Below, piece after piece: positions 26,588 through 39,174 of a DNA stretch of 64,000 nt. The stretch lies in the NCBI GenBank assembly GCA_051047955.1, contig JBPGPT010000034.1, forward strand, positions 62,001-126,000, written 5' to 3'. Source of the DNA: Cystobasidiomycetes sp. EMM_F5 (Eukaryota). The translations under genes were made by a program, and so were the position numbers. Each line of letters begins with the position of its first letter. Position 1 is the first letter of the stretch. The notes under the pieces are model-generated. The model was not told the origin of the DNA and did no database searches. It saw nothing but the letters and a program-made list of their open reading frames with translations.

Positions 26588-29500
26588 TTATGCGGTAGGA
26601 ACAGCAGACCGATGTACGGCTGTCGTAAAAGTATGCAACTTATTTGATGACGGACTACGGTGTGCGAATGCCACCTTTGCCCTCTTGCGAGAGAAGGCCA
26701 AAGGATGAGTTGGTCGAGCGTCATCGCCGTGCATTTCATCGTCTCCTGTAATCGATGGAGACGAAGAATCGTCCAGATTTAATCCACGTCGGCCGAGGAA
26801 GGACAGTCGTAGACTAGTCTCCACGTCCGTGTCGATAGTCCCGTCCTCCGTCTCAACGTCACTGTACGGACGGCCTTGAGCTGGACTGGATTCTACAGTA
26901 TTGGGCAGGTGCAGTCGAGATCCACTCTGATCAAGAGGAAAGTTGCCGATCTTGGGGGAAGGATTTGAACGACGACAAGCAGGCGGTTGAGAATCCTCGA
27001 CCACATTTGTAGAAGAGGAAGATTTACCGACGAGGACAGCGTGATGGTTGGAAGACTGTCGGGCTGCCGCAGCGCTCGTTCGATCTATCTGTTGCTGATG
27101 TGGGTGGAATACCTCCTGAGAATCTGGTACGATGGACGCGAGGGAATATTCGGCTGCACATAGAGGCTCGCCTTTTACGGAGGCTGCTTCCTCGGTGTCG
27201 CTGACTGTAGAGATCTCACTAGCCAGAGGAGGTGGCGTTGAAGCCGTGGAAGGACCTGCAGAAACTGTCTGCAGAATTGCAACATCATCTTCTGTACGTG
27301 TCACGATAGATAGGAGATGCGCGCGTAGTGCTTCAGGCGTCAAGCCGCTGACATGTAGGACAGCAGCAGCTACGTTGTCTTGACGAGAAGATCGCGCGTT
27401 AGTAACTTGTGACTTGCTGCTCTGTACTGGCGGCGGCGGCGGCGCCTGATTCGCGCGACCCGCTCTGCGCCGGCCTAGATTTTCGTTGGGATCAACGGTA
27501 AAGAAGTCCTTCTTCTTCGCGAAAGGATCATAAATCTCAACAGCATACCCTTTCCAGCCCGGTCGGGTCTTTGGCTTGACCTTCTTTGGCGAAGGGGGAG
27601 GGGCCACGACTTGCACAGGCATGACAGGAGAAGCCTTGCGTATTCCTTTCTTAGCAGCCTTATTGGCAGGCTTCTTCTTGATAAGATTTCGTTTGGCGCT
27701 AGGTTGAGAATTGGCCTTATATGTTAGAATCAGCTTGACTTTTCCCGGTCCAAGCTTCTTATGCGTTTGACCAGCTAGAGCTTGCTTGCCCCCTTTCGCG
27801 GCACCGAAGAAATTGTTAATTGTCCGAGGGCTGGGTGGGCCCTTATATTTAAGCGGCGCAAGGCTAGCTGTGTTGATCTGTTGTGTCAATTGAAACGGTA
27901 GCCCTCCCGCTTTGACCGCTCCGAGTGCTACTCTCACTGCATTCGCGAAGGCTTGTATGTCGCCTTGGACGAAGGTGTCAAATACCGAATTCCACGTCGA
28001 CTCGGGATTTGGCGCTTCGTTATTGACGAATATTACTCTGGGTTCCCACTTCTTTTCCACCGCTCCCGGAGGGTGACTGCTTTGCAAGTGAATCGATTTC
28101 GGATCCTCCCCAGTCACAGTGTCAGGCATAATTTCTGACGCGGTACCTGATTGGATAACTTTCGCAAGCTCTTTGACCATCTTCTTGACGCCAGGAATCT
28201 TCAACGTCGTGCCTGCCACAATGAGAAAGTCGGGCCTAGCTGCCTTGAGGAGGTCCTTCTCGGCAATCTCGCCAACTCTAGCAGCCTGTTTGTGCTCCTC
28301 GCCATATAGCACAACCGAGACTTTCATTACCCCGATCCCTCGTGCACGCTCGCCCATTGCCGACCGGGAATGATGTACCGATGTGCACTGCGGACAGAAG
28401 ATAGTTTGTCCCGACGCGAGAACTTCCACATGAGGTTGCACAGCTTCGGTGTGGTTGCATTTGGGACAGTGCATTTCCTCCAATGTGCCGTGTAGCGGAA
28501 TGACCTGCGGTACCGTCAAATACCGCCTTGTGACTGTTTTCCGCGGGGCATTATCGTTGCCTGAGCCGGCCACTTGTGTATCAGGCGCCATCGCTGGTGA
28601 GTCTATATCCTCGTCTTCCAAAGCAAAAGACAGTTGGCCAAGGTCTGTTAAAGCGCTTTCTGTAGACGGGTCTGCGACCATATCTACAGACGTCGCCAAG
28701 GAGGATGGCGGCATCTCGCCATCGACAGACGGCTGCCGGACTTGAATAACAATCTGCGAGTCATCGACAACCATTGTAGACTGTTTGTTCGAGCTAGTTG
28801 GAGGGAGCTGCCAGCCCTCGTCCGCAGGTAACGTCGATGTCGATGCTATCGGCTCCTCCGATATCGACAAATTCAAAGGTTCATTTAATGAAGGTAGCTC
28901 ATTCTCGTAATCTCCTGCCAAGACCGTAGCGGGTTCCTGCGTCTCGGTCGCAATTTGCGCGACAACTTCCAGATCAGCAGACAACTGCTCTGTTAGAGGT
29001 ATTATTTCCTGGTCGACGGCTCTCTCCTTGCCCTTGCTGCCTTTTTTAACTGGCGTTGAGCTGCCTGTCCCGCCACCATTGCCATTTGACCGGACAACGG
29101 ACTGCTGTTTCCACTCTCCAAGCCCGTAAGAGAGGCCGACTTTCGCTTCAAGGGCGTCAATGTTCTGTGTTTGTAGTTTAGTACACGCTACGTTATGTAT
29201 CCGGCCCTCCCAACTGACCTGCGTATATATTCGGAACAGCTTGTTGGCATTGTCCAAGTCCTTCATTAGTCGATGAAACTCTGTAGGCTCTGCCTGATCT
29301 GCTAGTCGCTTCAGTTCTGCAATCATCATGTAGAATGCCCTGGTGGTATCTTGTCGCTGAGTGGTTTAAATCGATGTCAATTGCGAGACCATGCTGCAGC
29401 AAATGCTGGGCAGACTGACCTGGAACAAGTTTGAATGAAAGAGGTCCTTTCCGGAGGTAAGTTTGACATCCGGATTACGTTCCTTGAGGCTCGCAAACAG

Positions 29501-29647
29501 CCCCGTCGAGGCTGAGCGGAAGTCTGGGATTCCCGACGCCGTGGATATTCCTGCCCCGACAATAAACGCAACTCGCTTGCTTCGAGCGAGCTGCCTCGCC
29601 AGCAACTGCAGGTCACCGCCGTCATCGTCTATCGTGAGTGTGCGCAT
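26588..29647 (-). CDS. HST4: NAD-dependent deacetylase, sirtuin of the Hst3/Hst4 class
   Basis: GAGISTASGIPDFRS, YTQ|NIDALE, PLHG, CPKC...CPQC, VVLYGEEH and GTTLKIPGVK motifs. Hst3 versus Hst4 not resolved. Confidence 0.85.
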
Positions 29648-29825
29648 CTTTGCAGACTGTCAGAATGCCAAAAGGAACTGCTTGATGTCCAGCAGGCCCT
29701 TTCAGCGATAGTTAGACGTTGATTAGATGCGTGATCGAGATCCGGCAAGTGCATAAAGAGTCATGCAACCAGCTCAGCGTAAGGCCAATTGAAATACATA
29801 CATACCACTGTAGCACAGCCAACAT

Positions 29826-32460
29826 ATGAATGGAGCACGTCAGCCGTCTAATGGTCGGTCAGTGCGGTTTGACCTCGATTCTGATGAGCCAGCGCCCGAG
29901 CTGGTCTCAGACGACGAATATGGCAATTTGAACGGCAACGATGCCTTCGACAGCGATTCTGACGAGGAGAATGAATTCTACGACGCGCCCGAGTATACTC
30001 AGACTCCTGGAAGGTCTCTGGACGATGGAGATGCCAAAGATACGCCCTGCGAACCGCGTAAACGGCAGCGTCTGAAAGAACCGCTGCATGACCGAGGGGT
30101 CAAACGAGACGCCGCAGATGCAAACCGCAACACCCCGTATCATCCTGGTGGACGTGCTGCATATGGCAGAAAGGTGACCTCCTCTTCCGGGGCCAGTACG
30201 TCCGACACCGACCCGGACGAGAACAGTTTCGTAAAGCAACAGCTACCCCCGCGAAAGCGGACTAGAAAGGATGACGAGAAGTCGTACAATGCAGCATATA
30301 GACGGGCTCGGCAGGCAAAGGTGCAGAACTCACATCACGCCTTGATCCGCACTTGGCTGACATCTCCGCCGTGACGCTCGAAGAGGGAAAAGTCACGCAG
30401 GGCTGCTCCCCGAAGCAGTACTGGCAGTCACATCAACTTTGTGCTGTCTCATCTCCCGCCAGGGTGGGAAGCAGCCACCATCAGGGAGACCGGGGCAAGA
30501 GTAGAATACTACCGCAACGACGGTAACGCACATCACAGAAATGAAGATTACGACCGGGCCATAGAGTCATATACATGTGCACTGGAGATATACCTCAAGA
30601 TGATGCGAGAAATCGATGTGCCGGGCTCTTCCATTTCCCTCCCACCTCCTGCATTCCTCTGGACGAACAGGGCGGCTTCATACATGAGCGCTGGGAAATA
30701 CGACCTAGCCGTAGCAGACATGAAGTCTGCTTTATCCATTCAATCTGAAGACTTGGAAGCGTACGTCAAACGACTCGGTCGTTTACTTCGATGCTACATT
30801 GCAATGCTCGACTTTGAATCGGCAGACGTGCAGTCGGCAGTTGACGAGACACAAAAGTGCTTGCAAACACTCAAATCCAGGCAAATAGACAACGATAAGG
30901 ACGCTTCAAGCATGACGCGGAGGCTGGTAGCAGAAACGCAGAAAACACTGGCATCGTTGCAGGCTGCAATAGGCGCTATTAGTGCTGTACAGACCAACAG
31001 GGTTGCAGGCCTCTGGTTGGCAGTTTTGGACAACATTGAAAGCCTGCTTGCGTTAGCGGCGGGACGTACAGGACTAGCTGTAGTTCAAGAATGGCTCTGC
31101 ATTAAGGCGGAAGCTTTGGGCATGTTGGGCAGACCAGAAGAAGGTCAGAACCTGATACCGTGAGTGCAACCATTTGATCCGACTGGAATATCGCTCAGAT
31201 TCTGTTTTCCGATTGTGACGTACAGGCAGCTTGCCAATAGGACCCAGGCTGGGCAGCCAGAAGCTTTGTGGCTGTCTGCCGTATTTGCATATGCCTCCGG
31301 CGATACGAAGAGCTGCTACGATCATTTGTCGCGCCTGCAGATACAGGCCAAGCTACCTGATCAGGCATTGTGAGGAGTGCACACGTCTGCTCCGGACGTA
31401 ATCAACTGACGTTGCAAGCATAGTGCACTACAACAGCGTGCATACCGCGTCACCACTCTTTTGAATGACGCTTATCTGTATACAATGGCGGCAAATTCGG
31501 CAAAGGCGCTGGCCTGTTTTGCGGAGATTCTGCGATTCACCCCATCGGATCAACCCGCCCACGCGCAAGTCGGGATTAAAACCCTCCTACATCGTATGAA
31601 GTTATATACCGTCGCAGATGATGGAGGCGTTGTCAAACATTTCGATGAATTGTCTCGCGATTGCAGAAGTATCGTCCATCATCCTCTGGCTCGGCCGCAT
31701 CATCAAGCCGAAGCCTTCAAACTGCGCGCGCTTGCTCTACATCAGAAGAAGGAATATGCAGCCGCCGTTTCAGAACTCCAAGCGGCATTGAGGTATGCAC
31801 TAAAAAGCAAATCAAGAAACAATGCGGACGTCGAGGAGATTTACAAGTTGATGCGTCAGTGGCAGCAGGAAGACGTACGCCGGCGTTACGAGGACGAATC
31901 TAGGAGATTTCGTGCTGAAGCAGAGGAAGCTCGGTCAAAAGCAAGGCCTTCACATTCGGCTCGAACGCAAAGCAAGCCGCAAGTGCCACCGACATGGCCC
32001 CCAAATCCTCCTCCTCAGACGCCGTATCCAGAGTATCCCCAATACCCGCCTCCTCCACATAGACAGCCTGGGCCCCAGACACAATCACGTCCGCAGCAGA
32101 GACCGCAAGCGAGACCACGACCGCAAGCTCGCACCGATCCTCCGCCTCGCTCGCAGCCTCAGCCTCAGCCACCTCCACAGCCCAAAGCATCGCCAACTCT
32201 CACTGCGTATGAAGTAAGTCAACGTTGTAATTGTATGCGGTCTTCATAGCTGTGCTAATTTCCTGGAATAAACCCAGATTCTTGGCGTGCCTGACAGCGC
32301 TACCTTCAAGCAGGTCCGCAAAGCGTATTTGGAATTATCACTTAAGACGCATCCTGACAAGGGTGGAGACGCCGAGTTATTTAAGCGCATCAGTGGGGCT
32401 TATTCGACCCTGGAGACGCAGCTGAAGGGCAAAGATGACAAAGGATCTTCCTCCACTTAA
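29826..32460 (+). CDS. TPR-repeat, C-terminal J-domain co-chaperone (DNAJC7-like) with acidic N-terminal extension
   Basis: TPR motifs (RNDGNAHH...YDRAIESYTCAL; WTNRAASYMSAGKYDLAVAD), a P/Q-rich linker, and J-domain AYE|ILGV...LKTHPDKGG. Confidence 0.85.
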
Positions 32461-32704
32461 GGCGTAGTTCGGGCATGTATACCAGATCGTACTGTCAATA
32501 GACACATGTAGCCGTTACAGAAGAAACCGTAGCGTCATGTCTTCCTCGGCGTCACCCAAAAATGCCGGATAAACCGGGTCCCATCGGCAGAATCGAGTTC
32601 CGACAAGTTTTCGTGGTTTCGGCTTGGAGCTTTGCAGACGAGCAAGATATTTTGGCTTCAACGAGCTGCGACTTGCAATACATCCTCGAGATTCGGTGCG
32701 AAAC

Positions 32705-34521
32705 ATGGTCGCAACTTCTGCCAGCTTACGGATGCGGAGCCTGACATGCCTGGCTGGCCCCGCAGCCTCGAGGCGGACATTCGCAACATCGCTGTACAGG
32801 CTGAAGAACGCCAGCGGACGGTCGTCCAAGATATACGACTCTGCGGACGAGGCTGTTGCGGATGTCCCCAGCGAGTCTGTCATTCTGTCCGGTGGTATGG
32901 CTGTTTCAAAGTCGGAGATGCGTCGGCCGAAACTAATGTGTCTACTGCAGGATTCGGGTTATGCGGAACAGCAGATACTATCATTCAAGCCTTGTCGAAG
33001 AGAACCGAAGTCAAAGACCTGACTTGCGTTTCCAACAATGCCGGTGTCGAAAAGTTTGGGTTAGGAGCACTCCTGCACACCGGACAAATCAAGAAGATGA
33101 TTGCTTCTTACCTCGGCACAAACAAGTTCTTCGAGAAGCTGTATCTAACTGGCAAGATCTCGCTTGAACTGTCGCCGCAAGGAACGATTGCAGAGAGGTG
33201 TCGCGCTGCTGGTGCAGGTATCCCAGCCTTCTATACTCCTTCTGGCGTTGGCACATTCGTAGAGACCGGAGGCATCGTCGAGAGATACAAGGACGGGGGT
33301 GAGGGTGTAGACATCCCTGGCCGGGCTCGCGAAACGAAGGAATTCAATGGCCGAAAGTACCTCATGGAAGAAGCCATCAAAGGCGATTATGCTTTCATCA
33401 AGGTGTGGAAGGCGGACGAGTACGGCAACTGTCAGTTCCGATATACTGCTCAAAACTTTTCCGGCGCTATGGCTCGTTCCGCCAAGGTAACAATCGTTGA
33501 AGCAGAGGAAATCGTAAAGCTCGGAGAACTCGACCCGAACACAGTTCATTTGCCTGGTATCTAGTGAGCTAGACCTCCTCCATCTTTATCTAAACAAGCG
33601 GCTGACGGTTTTTATCTCTTAATAGCGTCAATCGCATCATCAAATCAACCGAGCCAAAACGCATCGAGTTCACCGTGCTCTCTGGTGAAAAGGACGATGC
33701 GGCCGCACTCGGCAAAGGCTCCGCGAAGGAGAAGCGCGAACGTATCGTCAAGCGAGCTGCCAAGGAGTTGAAGGACGGCATGTACGTCAATCTCGGCATC
33801 GGTATGCCAATGCTCGCAACCCAATTCATCACTCCGGGCACAACCATCCACATGCAGGTGAGTTGTGACTTGTGCCGCTCTTGCTGAAATATTGAGACAT
33901 TCGCTAATGTTTGCCGGATAGTCTGAAAATGGTCTGCTAGGAATGGGACCTCCGCCAACAAAAGAGCAGCTAGATGCTGATATCATCAATGCCGGCAAGG
34001 AGACGTGCACGCTCCTTCCCGGTGCATGCACGTTCGATTCATCCGAGTCGTTCGGTATGATTCGAGGAGGACACGTCGATGTCTCCATGCTAGGCGCAAT
34101 GCAGGTATCGGCTAATGGCGACCTTGCAAACTATATGATTCCCGGAAAGATGGTCAAGGGAATGGGCGGCGCCATGGATCTAGTGTCATCGCCTGATCAG
34201 ACCAAGATCATCGTCGTTATGGACCATGTTGCAAAGGGAGATCAGCACAAGATTCTGCCAGAATGCAAGCTACCGTTGACTGGCGTGCGTTGTGTATCAA
34301 CCATTATTACGGATTTGTGTGGTACGCCGCAATGTAGCTCAACGCTGTTCGCGGGTGCTAACATTCCGTCTGCTTCTTACTGAATAGTTTTCCAAGTCGA
34401 CCGCAAGAATGGAGGTCTCACACTGACGGAGTTGGCGCCGGGTGTCACGCTCGAGGAAGTTAAAGCAAAGACGGGTGCGGATTTCAAGGTCGCTGAGGAT
34501 CTCCACGAGATGGAAGAATAG
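32705..34521 (+). CDS. OXCT1: Succinyl-CoA:3-ketoacid CoA transferase (SCOT), mitochondrial
   Basis: [34 protein letters not shown] (catalytic Glu) and GMGGAMDLV motifs. Confidence 0.94.
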
Positions 34522-34745
34522 GCACCTAATTTCAGCTTTGATGGGTGATGGGGCGAGACGGCTGTATGTATCTTGCAGTGTCCTGTAATATAGGTGTACC
34601 AGTATGAAGCAAAGCAAAGGCCGTGTCACTTTTGTATTGACCTGTAGCGGATTGTCTCGCGAACAATTTGAGCTGCTGCCAACCTCACTGTGGCTTCCCC
34701 TTCCATAGCCTACATCGCTTCCACAGCTACATACACCGTACAAAA

Positions 34746-35453
34746 ATGACCACGGAAACGGCAGAGCCTGTCCGCGTTCACAGTGTTTCTCGCGAAGGCC
34801 AGCTAAAACCCTATGCGGCCTCCTTACTCTCGCTGGCCCTCAGCTCAGAGGCTCTGCTGTTTGGGAGCTACACTCTGAAGTCTGGTAGAGTCTCACCGTA
34901 CTTTTTCAACGCTGGTCGGCTCAATACTGGGTCTCTTCTATATGCGCTGGGCAGCGCCTTTGCTGCGGCTATCATGGAAAGCGGGGTTGAATTTGACGTA
35001 CTCTTTGGTCCAGCGTACAAGGGAATCCCGTTGGCAGCTATTGTAGCCATGGAGTTAAGTCGAGCGTACGGCAAAGAAGTAGGATATGCATTCAACCGCA
35101 AAGAAGCAAAAGACCATGGCGAAGGTGGATCATTGGTTGGCGCTGCGCTCAGCGGCAAGCGTATTCTCATCATCGACGATGTGATAACGGCTGGAACGGC
35201 CATTCGCGAAGCCGTAGAAATCATCAAGGCGGCGGGCGGAAATCTCGTTGGTATTGCCGAAAGTCTGGACAGGCAGGAAAAGGGCAAAGATTCACAAGAG
35301 AGCGCGGTCCAGCAAGTCGAGAGGGAGGTCGGCGTTCCCATCATTATCGTTGCTACTATGCTCGACATTATCGAATTTCTCAAGATCCGAGGTGGATATG
35401 CAAAGGAACTGGAGCAAATGCAGGAGTATCGCAAGGTTTACGGTGTAGTTTGA
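34746..35453 (+). CDS. URA5: Orotate phosphoribosyltransferase (intronless)
   Basis: LKSGRVSPYFFNAG, FGPAYKGIPL, NRKEAKDHGEGG, and PRPP motif IIDDVITAGTA. Confidence 0.97.
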   Translation: MTTETAEPVRVHSVSREGQLKPYAASLLSLALSSEALLFGSYTLKSGRVSPYFFNAGRLNTGSLLYALGSAFAAAIMESGVEFDVLFGPAYKGIPLAAIVAMELSRAYGKEVGYAFNRKEAKDHGEGGSLVGAALSGKRILIIDDVITAGTAIREAVEIIKAAGGNLVGIAESLDRQEKGKDSQESAVQQVEREVGVPIIIVATMLDIIEFLKIRGGYAKELEQMQEYRKVYGVV

Positions 35454-36020
35454 GCAAAGTCACAGCACTCATAAGTCTAGGATGACGTAAGAGGCGGCTA
35501 CTCCAGAATATAGCCAAAATCCGCTCCTACTCTCGAAAGCAATATGGGGCAGAAGTCTAGCGAAGCAGAGGACGCTAAAATCAAGCCGACTGCATTGCGT
35601 GACTAAACGTGAGTGCGTAGCGGGTATTAGACGACGGCTCCGCTCTTCTGACTTGTCCTTATGCTGTTCAGAACGATGCTAGCGAACGGCACCAGAAACG
35701 CAAGGAACGCTTGACAATGCTGTCATAGCTTACAAGAGGCTTTTTGGCAGACTTCGAGTGGCAAGTATGCCCCACATTGCCTGTCGCGAACGATTATTCT
35801 TCAATCGCAGCTAAACGAGGACAGGCGAAGACGTTGCTCAACAGCAGATCATGAATCCGCAGGAAAGCATTTCAAAGTGCTCACGACCTCGCTGTCTATC
35901 TCTAATCTTACGACTTATTAATGCACATATATGTGTGTCTAAAACTCGGTGCTTAAGTCGTCCGGGCAGTCCGCCATCATTTCTGATACAACACTGCTGC
36001 GAGCGTTCCATTTATTGCTA

Positions 36021-36949
36021 TTAACAATGAACGAATCCATCCGCATGCGTATGGCATGCTGAAGCAGCGCTTGCTGTGGTTGTGAGTTGCGTTGATGGTG
36101 AAATCGCCGTCGTGTTCCGCTTCGGCTCGACTCCTGTACAGCCAACGCCGGGGCGTGCAATCGTGCGTGCGTAGATGTCTATGGCGGCGTATGCCAACGA
36201 TTGCGTATTTGCGGGAGCCCAAGTCGCATTGTTTATCGCCAGATCGAGACATTCGGCATAACTATCTGCATAATGATTCACCTCGCCGTCAGCAATGCCC
36301 GGAAGGTGGTAGAATCGATGCATCAGGTCGGTTGCAAAGTAGTAAGAGACCGACGAGCCGGATACAGTATAGTCTGTCGAATTGACTGCGGTTAATTATA
36401 TCGAACTCGACAAGGCACTTGCGAAATGACCACGTACTGTGGTCGCAAACTTCGCTGAGCGGCTCTCGGATCTGATACGAAAGAGGACAGATGACAGTCT
36501 CCGACGTTGCGTTGCTTCCTCTCCAATGGCCAGCCCAGCCGGCATTCTGACAATTGCCGTCGGGGTTATCGCACCTCAAGGTCATATTGGCCTTGTTTGA
36601 GGAAAGGATCGCTTGATAAGACCCAATGACAGATATGTAGTCACCGTTCCCAAACCACTTTGTGTAGAGGGGATCTTGAGCACCGCGGCTGGCAATGTCT
36701 GGCCAAGGAAGTGAGTTGACGGCAGGGACGTAGTGAGACACGGTCTCGCTCACAATCTCTTGCCGTGATGGTCAGATTGTTGAGGTCGGCCAAGGCTGCT
36801 GTAAGGGCAGCTCGTTCCGTAGCGTTGCAGCTAGAATGTATAGGCATAATAGCGGTATAACCCTGCTGCAAGGCTTGCCGACGCTGAATTGTTGCGGGCA
36901 TCGCAATCGCACTTGCGGCCAATAGCGCGAAAAGTGCTAGGACAGTCAT
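36021..36949 (-). CDS. PRA1: Secreted zinc-binding protein of the Pra1/Asp f 2 (zincophore) family
   Basis: Signal peptide, PIHSSCNATER, LRCDNPDGNC, WAGHWRGSNATSETVIC, HRFYH motif, and C-terminal CHTHADGFVHC*. Confidence 0.93.
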
Positions 36950-37134
36950 ATTGGGCAAGCTGAGGGAGATTCTGGCTGGAATGTGGCGGAAGATAGTTGC
37001 CTTTTGCGTGAACGCAGTTGGAGATGATTGTATGAGAGAGAAGCGTTATGCGACAACCTCGAGCCTCGTATTTATATCATGACAGCCTTACTTTGCCAAG
37101 TGGAAAATTTTTGGCAGAGGTTACGCTTGACCAG

Positions 37135-37407
37135 CAAGGTGTGTAAGGACATTTGCGATTTGTCAAGTGCGGTCAGTAAAGTATCGCGTTTTGAACCCCA
37201 TCAGAAGTAATCGCGTTGATAGATATCCGAAGAGGGGTCTTCCTTCCGGGTGGCGACGCAAGCTTAGCTGCTCCAGCTAGCCAATCAGCACAAGTCGTGG
37301 CCGTGTTCTGTATAGAATGTCTTGGCATAGTGTTACACGTAACATGCGTACATGCAGCTTTGCGGAAAATTCCTGTTTGTAGTGGATTATCGGTTGGCTG
37401 CCAAGGT
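37135..37407. promoter_or_regulatory. Two CAAGGT cores (37135-37140, 37402-37407), candidate zinc-responsive elements in the shared PRA1/ZIP promoter
   Basis: Motifs seen directly. CAAGGT is the core of Aspergillus ZafA sites and resembles half of the Zap1 ZRE. A 6-mer can occur by chance. Confidence 0.4.
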
Positions 37408-37583
37408 GACCCAGAGGGTGCCTGGACAGTGAGAGACATCGAAGTGAGAGACGTCGAAATTTTCAGCGTATACGATGCGGATATGGCGTAGCATCGAGTA
37501 AGCCATCGATCCAGATATCTTCTTGCCCCATCGTCGTACTGTCTTTGGGTTCATCCGAAGCAACAAGGAGTTCGACCTTAAAA

Positions 37584-39137
37584 ATGCGCTTCGTTCCAAT
37601 CTCCGCCTTGGGCAGCCTGGTGATTTGGACGACGAGTGTTGCAGCGCAGAATCCACGTCCCGTTTCTGCTGCTGTAGTCACTACCAGCACAAGCATCACG
37701 ACTACCACTTCTTCGAGAACTTCAAGTATCTCCATAGCACCGTCGCCAACCAACTCTGGATCTTGCGTTCGTACTTGCTTGCACCTACCTGTGGCATTAA
37801 ATGACGGCTGACTGTCGGGATATTAAGACTCTGCATATCGATCACTGGCATTGCAGCGGAGAGGGCGAGAGTTCAAGCGTTTCAGACGGCGGATCAGAAG
37901 AGTATGGACAGACGTTGTCCAATGGCTGCGTCCAGCACGGGACCCACTGGCATTGCCCCGCAGGGGTTGCGGCACCCTGCGAGGCACTTCTTGGCGACTA
38001 TGACATGGGTCTGCATGTTGCCGCCATTTTCGTTCTGCTAGTAGCAAGTGGAACCGGGTCCTGGCTGCCTGTCATTCTTGGCGCGCGGGCGGGCAGATCA
38101 GCCCTCTTCAACAATGTGTTCTTCGTAAGCGTGTACGCTCACCTCAATTGCAAAGGTCATTGTGACGCAAATTTGCATCCAGGTCTTCAAACACTTTGGG
38201 GGTGGCGTCATAATCTCGACGGCCTTCATTCACCTGCTCATGCATGCGTTTGTCATGTTTGCAAACAATTGTCTTGGGACTTTGAGCTACGAGGCGATAG
38301 CTCCGGCGATAGCAATGGCAAGCCTGATCATCGTATGGGCAATCGATTTTACAGCAGCGCGGGTATTGGCCAAGAAACGCGTTCCTGATAGTCCGGAGAT
38401 GGATGCTGGCGATGACAAGGCACAGGGAAAGCTTTTTAGCACTGGACATGATCACGATTTCAGTAATGTCAGCAGATCAGATGTGATGGCTGCGCCAGAC
38501 AGCAGGAGGGCAGAGTGGGAGGTCCAGCTACTGGAAGCAGGTATATGCTTCCATTCAATCATGATGTAAGGGAACAACATCATCCCAGTGACTCGCAATC
38601 GTACTGATGGCTAATTCCAGTGGAGTTACGCTCGGTGCGCAAGGCGGATCCTCCTTCGTAAGGGTTGCGACTCGCAATGGAGTGCTGGCGACTGATTCTC
38701 CTCCTAGATTCCTACATTTTGTGCCATAGTCTTCCATCAACTGTTCGAAGGCTTGGGGTTGGGTGCCAGAATTGCCAGACTGAAGACGCAAAAGTACAAG
38801 AAATTCTTGAGCTGTGCGGCGTACACTGTCATCACTCCACTCGGTATTGTCATCGTAAGTGACCAGTATAGCCTCAGACTGCAAAGGCTAAGCGTAATGA
38901 CAGGGTGTTGCGGTCCGGAACTCGTTCAATCTCAGCGGGAAAGCGACGCTGCTGTCCATCGGAATCCTCGACTCCATTAGCGCGGGCATCCTCCTCTATG
39001 CTGGCATTGCGCAGCTGCTTGTCGGAGACTGGCTTGCTGGAGAGATGCGAACGGCTTCTCTAGGGCGAGTGCTGTTGGGCGGATTCTCCTTGGTTCTAGG
39101 CCTCTTCGCGATGTCGTTGATAGGGAAGTGGGCTTGA
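37584..39137 (+). CDS. ZRT1: ZIP zinc transporter with extracellular His/Cys-rich N-terminus (ZrfC/CaZrt1 type)
   Basis: Signal peptide, S/T-rich linker, C|TLHIDHWHC and CVQHGTHWHC motifs, KHFGGGVIISTAFIHLL, LEAGICFHS, FHQLFEGLGLG, and terminal IGKWA*. Confidence 0.93.
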
Positions 39138-39174
39138 GTAGCCGCGTACACAGAGACAATAGAGGCACATAATG

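Noticed and set aside
34868..35434. Long antisense ORFs (opposite URA5, MDJ1, NAT, SCOT and others)
   Set aside because: These are shadow ORFs produced by codon bias of the sense genes, with no recognisable motifs and often non-ATG starts.
35451..35475. Stop-codon readthrough producing cryptic peroxisomal (PTS1) isoforms
   Set aside because: The enzyme stops I inspected (URA5, URA6, LPD1, SCOT, NAT) lack the TGA-CTA context, and I saw no SKL-like extension.
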